Of a DNA stretch of 64,000 bases, positions 53,229-64,000 are shown in pieces. Positions within the stretch are counted from its first letter, which is position 1, and each line of letters opens with the position of its first letter. Source of the stretch: Harriotta raleighana (lineage: Eukaryota); the NCBI GenBank assembly GCA_050575255.1, contig JBNZDD010013732.1, forward strand, positions 21,152,244 through 21,216,243, written 5' to 3'. The translations under genes and the position numbers were made by a program. The notes under the pieces are model-generated. The model saw nothing but the letters and a program-made list of their open reading frames with translations. It did not search any database and was not told where the DNA came from.

Positions 53229-55614
53229 GTGGGTATCATGAAGAGGCAGTGATCAGTGACATTGGGTGGCACAGAGTGACACGACTCCCCAATTACTAGT
53301 AACGGACGTTTTACTTAGTAGGAGCTGACAACCACATACACTGAACTTCTCACCGTCTCGTAAGAACAAAACTGACGTGTTGTTTTAGAAACTGCTACCA
53401 AACAGCCCTGAACCTCGTTGGTGTTCACCGCCTTCTGACCTAACCCTTTGTTTGCTGATTTGCAGTGACTAATGTCCTCCTTTGATGGAACGGATTTAGT
53501 TTGACCAGGATCAGTTGTGTTCCTCACACATTGTACTCTTTGCGCACTGGGAAAGTGTGAGCGAGTTGTGTCGGCGAGGTTTCAGCTGGCTGAAAAGGTT
53601 GAAGCCATGCAAATACAATTAAAGCTGCAAATTTGTTCAATAATTGCTATCAAACCAGCAACCCCAGATCTTTTTCTGCATTTCAGTGCGGTGTTTATCA
53701 GCGACTGGCCCAGAAAAACCACATTGCATTCATTGATTGCATAAATGCCACTTCTCATTTGTAAAATCACTGTACTGATTTGCAGCAAAGTGGCAGTCCT
53801 GGTTTGAAATCCATGCTACCCTGCACAAACTCTGTTGGAGAGCTGCTTCCTTCAAAGAGACATGGTTCAAAGCCTGTTTTGATGGGCAGTCCGAATATAA
53901 AGATAAATAACAACAGTCACAGGTTAATGGCATACAACACGCAAAGATGTGTTCTGAAACCACCATGTGTTTCCCCGATCATGGGAACTAAACACACATG
54001 TATATGGACGAGTTGATTATGATCAGCCTAACGAGATGACATCAGTTGCAATGTGCTGTATTACAGTAACCATCTGTCATATGTGATTCAGTGACATAAG
54101 GCTATTTTACAGTGGGCAAGGGCGTGGAGGGTTAGGGTCAAGCTGTCACTGGGCCTGGTCCTCTCCTCACTGATGTTGACATACACCCAGTTTCCAGAAG
54201 GTTTCTTTTAATGGTGATCAGGAGCTGGAACCTGGCTGCTTTCATTTTCCCTTCCTTGCATTGAGCCGCTTTTAGCTCCTTCACCCCAACTGAGATCAGG
54301 TAGTGGCTCATGGGGAGCATAAACACCATTACGGATGTGTTGGGCCGAACAGCCCGTTTTGATGTCTCATCGCTCCGATTTAAGTACACGTAGCTCCAGG
54401 TATACATTTTCTGCCTGGGTTCGGGTCATTGGATGGTGATCTGGAGCAGGATCCTTGTGTTTTGAGACTGTGGTGAATTATAATGGCCTGCACTGCATCC
54501 ACATCTGAGATTAGCTCACTCAACACACATACTGGATTAAATTTGGAACCTTCCTGCTCTTTTTGATTTAAAACCACATTTTCATTTATCCATTGAGAAG
54601 ATTTGATCGTCCTTTTTTTGAGTCAGCAGAATTGAAAGGGTTTAAAGAGACACAAAGACACACGCACAGTAACCGTCTTTTGTAGCTAATTCTTCACCAT
54701 TTATTTCCTCATTGTTTTGTGGCAGATGCAGACACATTAGTTCCTTTTATTTACGCCTCGCAATTGTCCTGTTGGCATTTACATAACATGAAAGTTACGT
54801 GGGTTAAACCATGTTCCGGGTGACTGTTTGCTGATTTATGCAGAGATGATTTTTTTACTAATTTTGCATTTAGCTTTTGTGTTATTCTTTTTCATAAATT
54901 TTTCTTGCATTTTGTTTGGAAATGTGCAATTCCTGGGGTTTCTGTCCCACCTAGCTTGCTGTTCATTTCATTTCAAGTTAAAATAATTTTGCTCTGTTAA
55001 GTAATTTGGTGGTGATTGTGGTGGTGGAGGGGTCAGTATCTCTGGAAATTGAGGATTGGACCCAGTGCCTGGAAAGCACAAAGGGTTGGATCCAATCATT
55101 TCACCTGCCTTTTGAGCTCTGCCCAGTGGACAAGGTATCTACCTTGAAGTAGGTAGTTGACACAAAGACAAATCAGGAAAGCAGCTTGATTACATACAAG
55201 GACAAAAGTTACCATTGTGGCCAGATTCAGAAAGTGTTATGGAGCGGCGAGCAGGGACTGACTCCAGTTTTGTACAACCACGGAAGTCTCTTCCAGTGAA
55301 GTATACCATCATCCATCCAGCGATGGCAAATTTACTGCAGGAACTGGGAAAACCATGGGTGTTTGTGTTTGCCAATCCAGTGTTATCACACTATGTGATA
55401 AATCTCCTGATCCCATTGGAAGTGTAGCTAACTCCTCCAATTTTATACTCATGAAATTGAAAATACCAGGTGAATTTATGATACCAGTCATATTTCCATC
55501 AGTATGCTCAAATAGAAATGATTGCCATTGAAGAGTGATTAAAAAGTATTATCACACATGGTATACAATATGATAGGACCATTAGCGGTGAAAGGGTACA
55601 TCAAACAATGGGTA

Positions 55615-55810
55615 TATGGATGCTACTGGAAACACTCAGCAAGTCAGGCAGCATCCATTGAGAAAGGAAAGTGAGTCAATGTTTCGGGTCCACGACCCTT
55701 CGTCAGACAGGATCAGTTCGACGAAGGGTCGTGGACCCAAAACATTGACTCAATTTCTTTCTCCAGATTCTTTTTTCAGATTCCCAGCATCTATAGTATT
55801 TTGTGTTTTT
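55615..55810. repeat. Palindromic repeat with a 33-bp inverted core and decayed minimal hammerhead motifs (Penelope-like-element associated)
   Basis: 55672-55704 is the reverse complement of 55720-55752 (1 mismatch, 15-nt loop); minus strand reads CTGACGA-agggtc gtg gaccc-GAAAC. Confidence 0.75.
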
Positions 55811-55985
55811 GGTGTATGGATGCTTACTGTTTCACTTCTTTCCTAACTTCCTATGTAAAACCAAGTCTTCAAGCAGTATGTACAGGTAAATTTTCCACTG
55901 CGGCTTTGTGTTCTGGACAAACTTATGTGAATGAATGTCCATTTTGTATATTGGCTTTAATTCCGATGTTTTGTTTATGCTCTAG

Positions 55986-56210
55986 ACCCGAAGTGAAGCT
56001 GCCATGACGGTGTTAAGCGGACATGTGGTGGTGTGTATATTTGGGGACTCAAAGTCAGCTCTGGTGGGCTTACGGAATTTAGTAATGCCTTTACGAGCCA
56101 GCAATTTTCATTATCATGAACTGAAACACATTGTATTTGTGGGAGCACTGGAATACCTGAAGCGGGAATGGGAAACACTTCACAACTTCCCCAAGGTGAC
56201 AATATTAGCG
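55986..56210 (+). CDS. KCNMA1: KCNMA1 constitutive exon (225 nt, phase 0-0), start of RCK2: [21 protein letters not shown]...[14 protein letters not shown]
   Basis: Acceptor tgctctAG, donor GCG|gtaagt; overlaps ORF 56004..56231. Confidence 0.97.
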
Positions 56211-56369
56211 GTAAGTCCTAGCGAAGTTTGAAATTACACAGAAGGCCAAAGGAAAACACTAAACAGTTTGAGCTAGTGTAATACCTCTCCAGCACAGAAG
56301 GTCGAAAGTAGAGAAAGAATGTTTTGCATATGAATGTTAATTAGACAAGCTCAGGATCTTCGGTATTTA

Positions 56370-56680
56370 GAGAAGTTGACTCATAGAGATGTATAACATT
56401 TTTAATGGCATTGAAAAAGTTAAGGCTGAATCTACTAAGGCAGCAGAACGAGAGTTTGTTGGTTTATAGCTGCAAAGGGCATTTTCAGGACAGATGTCAG
56501 GATTTTTTCTTTGTCCAGAGGGTAAATAACAGCTTGAGCATGTTGGCGGGAAATGTGGTTGAGACCACGACACTGGACTCGTTTAAAAAGTAGCAAGATG
56601 CTAAGGGATGATGGTTGAGGTGCATATTCCAGAGGGTTGAGATCAGATGAGCCGAAGGGCCTTCTTGATCCAAACTAATC
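56370..56680 (+). mobile_element. CR1-type LINE 3' end
   Basis: gactcatagagatgtataac (DxIEMYN) ... KGHFQD..FFFVQRVNN...TTLDSFKK, then gagccgaagggccttcttgatccaaac. Confidence 0.75.
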
Positions 56681-57584
56681 TTGGGATTTTGTGCATACTG
56701 AATGGTATTTAGCTTCAGGCATCCTGCTTGTGTGTTGGATATCAACTTGGAACAGGCTCCCTGCAAAACCACGGGTTGGTGGATAGGGTTATGTGGATGA
56801 GCAGGGACTGAGTGAAATGAATCCTCTCCTAGACACATGATATTAAGGAGAGGTAGTGGAGAAAAGGCCAGAATATGGGACAGAAGCAGTGTAGCAAGAA
56901 AAAAAATCCACAGAACGGCACAAAGCAGAGATAGCAAATGAGAGCAAAACATAAATATTCTTTGAAGTTTGCCACAAGCCAAGGGTTGCCTTTTAAATGT
57001 TTGTTTTGAGAGCTGCATGTGACCTGTCTGGTCTCGAAAACATTCAGCAGTGTCTTAAGGAATTGGCATTTGCTGAATAGGAGGGCTCATAAAAGCACTA
57101 CTTGGTCAAAAGAATGAGGAGTTAAGTTTTCAGGTATTAAGGAACAGTGACCCTGTGAATTCCAAAGCAGCACAGACTATTCGTCTTGCACACGGGTAAG
57201 ATTGTGCTTTGCATGTGTGTTAGCCTGATTCTTACAGACTTCAGGCTGCTGTGAGTGACCATTTGACATTTTGGAGTCAGGATGAGCTGACTGGCATTTA
57301 CTTCACACGTTCCAAATGCCAGCGCTTGCCTGTTCGAAATGATTGCTCACAGTTATTCACTTGGCAACAATGACTCAGATATAGAAAGCTGGCAACGATC
57401 CTTTCTCTTATTTGCTTTTAATGGCTTCACTGAGTATAAACAATGAACCAGAGAGTTGCCATCAGCACCAACTACCCTTTCAGATAAGTGCACATCTCCA
57501 ATTCCCCAGCCCATAGTTACATCGGTTTAATGTCGGAGCATAAAAGACGACTTGTTAACCATTGTCCCGTAGCTGCAGTCTTGA

Positions 57585-57890
<306 letters not shown>

Positions 57891-60351
57891 TAATTCAAAC
57901 GGTCTCAGATTGCTTTAGTTGACAGTAAAGCCAAGTGACTGCTATGATGTTTTAAACAGGATGGCGATAAGCAGCAATAGAAAAGAATAGCTTCTAGCAC
58001 GATAGGAAGTTTGAAAAAGGAATTTTAATAATAAGCACTGTACAATTAAACTCAAGTGTATGTGTGGAATTGGGGTGGGGGCAAATGATAAACCATTTCA
58101 AATCTGAAGAACCAATTTTTTTCAACACACATTTCAAATTTTGCCACAAGATTTTTATTCACAGTCAAGAAGATGGGAGGGGCTGCAAAATCTACAGTTC
58201 TTTCTCTGCGCTAAGCCTGAAAAGTGTTCCCAAACCATTTGCTGCTAGCTTAATCTTTTAACGTCCATCCCACGCTTGGGCTCAAAATCCTCGAGTTTTT
58301 GCAAATCGCCTGCACTGGGATACCCTTCAACAGAACGAGATGGCAAACAGTTTGACCTTATAAAATGTTTTGGTCAGGAAAGATGTAGATTCCGTTTTGT
58401 GGCCAGATTCCACAGTTGTTTGTTTTTTGTGCACGAGATAGCATACTGCTTGTGGAAATATTTAAAGCAGCCAAAGGGCCTGGGAGCAAAAACATAATTA
58501 AAAAAAAGTTGATACGGCTCTTATTCATACAGGACCATAAGCCCCAAGTGAGAAATGATGGGGATTGTTGTAAATGGCAAATATATGCTGTGCAGTCTCT
58601 GAAGCGAGGTATACTCGACCATTATATACTGCTTCTCAGTCTACATTATAAATATTTTAATCTCTGTGTTTGCCTTCAGACATTGAATTGTGTTTTTAAG
58701 GGAAGTCCATCTCTGATTCTGTACAACATGCTGTCGTACTGTTTGAATCTTTAAAAAAAGGATGATTTAATTAAAACGTACCAGCCGATCAATGTTTGTT
58801 TCAATAAAATCTAATGATATATACAGATGACTATGCATTATAGCGGTTGCTTGGTAACAGGTAAAATATCAACTGCTGCTTAAGGCTGTTTATAAAATTA
58901 CTGAAATCGATTTGCAACAATTGCTAAATAACACTCAGCAACTTCGAGAAGTGGTATTAGAAAGCTAACAGTGCAATAGATAATAATGCCGTTGAAATTA
59001 TTGTGCTTCTGAAATATTTATGAAAGCACTTTATACCTCCTTTGAGAGTTTGAAAATATTCAGAGTCTTTAATATTAGACTCATTGTTACATGCCGGTTC
59101 TTAATTTTTCTCAGAAAAGTAGACACGTTTGTCGACGTTTGACATTATAGTACAGAAACACATAGTAGATCTGCAAGTGTCTGGAATAGATTTAGAGCTC
59201 CATTGTTATTAGTGTAATTGTGTTTGGTACCTTATTAGAATGACTTTTGGCCCTTTTTGATGCTTTTTTAAGTGGCTCAGCAATCTTAATTAAATGAGGC
59301 CTATGATTGCTGTAAGGACCCCATTTAAAAATATTACTTGCAAAATAACATTTAGATATTCTAATTTTAATATTTTACTCATTTTCAGCCAGGCACAGCG
59401 AGCCACCCTGCTGGTATATATTTACTAATTACAACCTCAGAGCACTAGCATGAAGCAAGTAAACCACATAACCCTTAAAATCCTAATGAGACTAGGAGGA
59501 CTCCCTCGGATTATATTGTTTAAATGGGTAATGGTTCCACTAATGTTGTAATTGCAGGTTGAAGTACATTAGCCTGGTGTCTACATATAAGAAGTTTTCT
59601 ACAGTAAGCCCTTTAGGGAATAGTTTGAGAAAGGCTTTACCTCCACATTTCTATCGTTTATGATGCTTTATTGCTTGCTGCACTGAACCGGATGGGCGGC
59701 GATATACTTTTGCTGTTCATTGGTATGAATTGCAGAAAAAGAAATGCGATGGTGCGATTGTGGCTTCATTTGTGATGGTACTTGGCAGAGTACGCAGAGG
59801 GCAAATGAAAAAATAAGACAATTGCAGCCGCAGCAGATACTTAGAGTGTGTCATGTCTGTAAGAAATCTTGCCCAGTCGAGCTGTGTGAACAACAACAAT
59901 AAAATTACATTTGTATAGCGCCTTTCATGTCAGGAGGACTTCCCAAGGCCTTCGGGAGTTGCTGTCGACACCAAAGAGAATAGGAGACTTTTTAACAGAT
60001 TGGCCTTTTCCCTCTCAATGCATAAGGAATGTGCACTTTTCCATCACAGCCTGGACAGAAATGTACGGTGTCCTAAACGTTGTTTTGGCATTCCGAGACG
60101 CTGTGCCGCAGGAAGGGAACTGTACAAATGAAAATAATTGTTCCTGTTTCCACTACCGGATGGTCACATATGGCAGCACCTAGCTCTGCTTGCCGTTAAA
60201 TTTGTCCAAAGATTATATAATTAGCTTTGATTATCATGCTATCTATAAGGTGATGTGTTTGGATTTATATTTTGTTTTCATTTTGTTTTCTGCTATTAAA
60301 CATAGTTTGCACAGAATATGTTATATTCGAGATGGTAAAGCTCCCCTCATA

Positions 60352-60600
60352 AAATCGGTTTGGATTAAGAAGGCCATTCGGCCCTTATGAGCTCATCCCT
60401 CCAGAAATATCACACAACCATTTTACCATCTCAGTGTCAAGCTACATTTTAAATGAGTTCAGTATCCAGGCCTCAACCTCCTTCCCACCATTGCAACATT
60501 AATTACCCGCTGAGTAAAGAAAAGCTTCCTGATGTCTGTCGTGAAATTGCCCGTTGCAACTTTAAACCTTTATCCTCTTGGCTTGATACATTCTGAAGTA
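60352..60600 (-). mobile_element. CR1-type LINE 3' end
   Basis: tttggattaagaaggccattcggccc is the reverse complement of the terminus at 56650-56675. Confidence 0.7.
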
Positions 60601-62337
60601 TTGTTGTTATGGTGTTTGAGCTTGAAAAATAGAACCTGGAGTTTGGGATCTGTGAAATTGAAGCCCATCTTGTCACTGGTTGTGGTTTCAGCAGCAGTGG
60701 CGTGTCCCAGATGGTTGAGCTTGGGTCTGAAGGAGGTAACTTTATTCTTGCAACCAAACTGATGTGAACCGTGGCCCCTTTGACCCAGCACTGCCCATGA
60801 TTGCTTGCCATTTAGGCTGAGCGCAGATGATATTCGAAAACTCTCAGCATCCTCAGGAAACTGTTGAACAATGGAGAATAGAACGAACCAGCAAGCTAAT
60901 CTGCTTTATAAAAGTTGCCAAACTCTTTTCCCTTGTCTCCTTTCACAGGCACCTGGCCAGGTTAGGACAAAAATGGCCAACTTGCTGTTGCTCCCACCTG
61001 TTTGGGATTCCTATTTTGAATACTTTGTCGCATGTCCTGTTCCATCTCATTGCACCATCTGTCTTCAACAAATTCACTTCTAACTTCCGGCACTCCATCC
61101 CTTCACCCCTCGCTGAAAGACAGACCCCATCTCTGTGACATGCTCCAAGACAGTATTTATTCTATGTGAAGGACACTATAGTACAAAGAAAAGCATAGTT
61201 ATTGTTGAAAATCAATTTTCACACTGGGCAGACAGATGGATAACTAGGAACTGTAAGAACCTATAACAGTAGCATCCAGCGATGAATTGATTGCCAATTA
61301 TTTCGCGTACTTATTTGCCAGAGGCAGTGTGACAGTTGCATGTGGTCTCCTTTAAGGCTTCCTTAAACGGCTCTTATTTGTCACTCGCTATTTGAAGTTC
61401 ACATTGTTAGGTTGGCTTTTCTGCCCTGTTGATAAATCATAGTTGAAACCAAGATAAGAAGCAGACATATTTAGAGCTTTACCAAGCTTCAAGTGCAGGG
61501 ATGTAGGTCGTGTGCAGTTTGATTTTGGAGCTAAATTAGATAGATGGTGCAGAACACTGTAGGCATTTGGTGGAGCCTTGAGAGCTAACTTTCTAGGATT
61601 TACAAGGTGAATTAGGCTCGATGCTGTAAGAGAACCCACAAGTTTTCAGTGCATATCTTCTGTGTACTGAATGATCTTAGTGGGGCTGAAATGCTGTTCA
61701 CATAAATCTTACTGTAACAGCTCTGCAGCTTAATGCAGATCACATTGCTTGCTTCAGGGGATACGTTTGCTGTCACCGGGAGCTCGTTAAAAGCTGTAAA
61801 CGTGTTCGCATATTGTGGTCGGCTCCTTCTCGTCACCTTACTGATGAAGAGGTCGAAGAGGAAGATTACACCAGAGGAGCAGAGAGGCTCTGTCCCACGC
61901 CAACCAGGTCTTTATAAAGCAGCAACATGGAAATGTAGCAAGTTAACATGAGATGTGAACTATGGTAGAAATAACCTTAAGGAATACTCATAAGATTTCC
62001 TTTTATTATCTAGGCATATCTCACAAATGCTTAATTTTAGAGCAAAGTGTTATACGTCGAGATGCCAAGTCTATTCTTATTTGAAGCTTCTGAGTGTATA
62101 TCTGTAATCGCATGATTGGAAGAGAGATTGGTCCCTGTGCAAAGTGTTAATCTTGAACAAAATAGACGCAGCTAAAAACTCTCTTAATATAAGCAGCTCC
62201 TGGGAGAGAGTGCATGTTCCTTTCCTGATGCAGAGAAATTTCAACCTTTTCTTCTCCAGTGTGAACATTAATCGCTCTTCATAGACCAGTCCAGCAATCC
62301 CGTCAATCATTTACATTGCCTTCTTCTGTATCCATTC

Positions 62338-63230
62338 AACAACAGTAAAATTACATTCATATAGCTCAGTTCACGGCCAGAGGACATCCTAAGGCATCGG
62401 ACAGTATTTCAGATCCAAGATGGTGTCAGACTCGGGGAAGTTGTAGGGAAGGGAGGAGAAGGGGTTGTCCAATGGCAGAGTCGAAGAGGAGGTTCTTGAG
62501 GTGGGACTTAAAGGAGGCTAGGGAGGAGACAAGGTGGGGGGATTGTTGGATGGAATTTCAAAGGTTGGAGGCAGAATGGCTGAAGGCTTGCCCGTGGATG
62601 GTGGAGCAGGTGGGTCAGGGGACAGACATGGAGCGGAGGTAGCAGATAGGTTGGCAGGGGGTTTGGAGGTCGCAGAGGTGGGGTGAGGTAAGGCCATGGA
62701 GGGTTTTAAAGGTGAGGACTAGGATCTTGAATGAACAGAACAACAACAAAATGACAAATGCAAGGATTATTAAAATTACATTTGCAGAGCGCTTTTCACA
62801 CCAGGAGAATGTCCCAAGGCACTGAACAATCAGGTCAGGACCCGAGTAGGGCGAGAAGGAGAGTAGGGGGAAGGAGAGCAGGAGACGGGGAAGAGTTAGA
62901 AGTGGACCCGAAGCCAATAGATTTGGATGATAATGGGGGAGGTGGGGTCAAGGAGCTGCAATATTCAACAACAACAACAACCACAAAATTACACTTGTAT
63001 AGCACTTTTCACGTCAGGAGGACGTCCCAAAGTGCTGAATAGTCAGGTTGGGACCCAAGCAGGAGGGGAGGGGAGGGGGTAGGGGGAGGGGGAAGGAGAG
63101 TGGGAGAGGGGGAAGAGTCGGGGGAAGCCGAAGCCGCGATCGAAGAGGAAGGTCTTGAGACTGGCCTTGAAAGAGGAAAGGGAGGAAGCAAGGCGGAGGG
63201 ACTGCGAGATGGAGTTCCATAGTGTGGGGG
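62338..63230 (-). mobile_element. Stack of three L2 3' fragments (approx. 62338-62735, 62740-62900, 62966-63230)
   Basis: Three successive (caa)n...aaaattacatt...tttcac...ggacgtccc units; ORFs read FKILVLTFKTLHGL and LWNSISQSLR...FKASLKTFLF. Confidence 0.82.
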
Positions 63231-63454
63231 CAGCATTTTTTGAGTCAAATTGCAGGATTTGCATAGAGCAATGTCCCACAAACAACTGTGAAATGAAGAA
63301 ACTACTTTATTTGATGGATTGTTGGCTGAGTCACCGGGATAAACTCCTTCTCTTTTCAAACAGTGTTATGGGATCTTGAATTTACATAGAGTTATTCAGA
63401 CAAAAGATAACATCTCAAAACGCTTTATGAAATACATTATAATAATCCATTATA

Positions 63455-64000
63455 CAGTAAAAGCCCATTTATCCGGCACCTGCGGGACCTGGCCAGTGCC
63501 GGTTAAATGGTCAGATCCGACCCCGAAAACCCAACACAAATTTTTTTTAAATTAAAAATTATTTTAACACATACCATATTAATCATAGACTAAATAATAA
63601 CAGATAATAACTGTCAGATCTGACGCCGAAAATCCAACACAAAAAAATTAACTTAGTTTAATACATACCATATAAATAATAGACTAAATAATAACAGATA
63701 ATAACAGAATATTGTATTGGTACTTTATTGTAAATTTTGTACACTGTACCATATAAATAATAGACTAAATACACTAATAACAGATACAGTAATAACAGAA
63801 TATTGTATTAGTACTTTGTTATTTATACTTAATTTCTGCAATGGCAGCCGCCACCGGAGGAAAAAAAATGGCAGTGTGACTTTCAGGCTTTACTAGCAGC
63901 AAACCGAAATACGTGTACAGTACTCTCGTGCAACAATCGATTAATTAAATGTGCCATCGCTATTCTGCCAGATAACTTCCGGTTTATCAGATGGGGACTG
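63455..64000 (+). mobile_element. MITE family A copy (right end outside the window) with an internal ~100-bp tandem duplication
   Basis: TA|CAGTAAAAGCCCATTTATCCGG; tcagatc.gac.ccgaaaa.ccaacacaaa...ataataacagataataac occurs twice (~63511 and ~63615). Confidence 0.85.

Noticed and set aside
53229-53252. Possible 24-nt donor extension after EKVIL, like the 8-aa insert reported in other vertebrates
   Set aside because: Reads VGIMKRQ then TGA, with no in-frame downstream donor.

Overview
Vertebrate genomic DNA, most likely from a cartilaginous fish (inferred from the L2/CR1 LINE, Deu-type SINE and palindromic repeat landscape; possibly a chimaera). The whole window lies inside the BK channel alpha-subunit gene KCNMA1 (Slo1) on the + strand. 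Eight constitutive exons run from the end of RCK1 through the RCK1-RCK2 linker into RCK2, all with GT-AG boundaries and matching phases. The 28-kb interval at splice site C2 (20797-48956) holds a stack of symmetric phase-1 cassettes: the 9-nt IY(F) microexon, the 174-nt STREX exon, a 33-nt exon, a 288-nt (96-aa) exon carrying PKA and 14-3-3-type motifs, and a 6-nt tandem acceptor, plus several weaker candidates. A 12-nt IRKR microexon (SRKR homolog) sits at site C1. The introns contain L2 and CR1 remnants, tRNA-derived SINEs, two TA-flanked MITE families, a palindrome of decayed hammerhead-ribozyme motifs, and three N-separated duplications that look like assembly artefacts. Nearly all ORF-track entries are spurious. 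Repeat boundaries are approximate.
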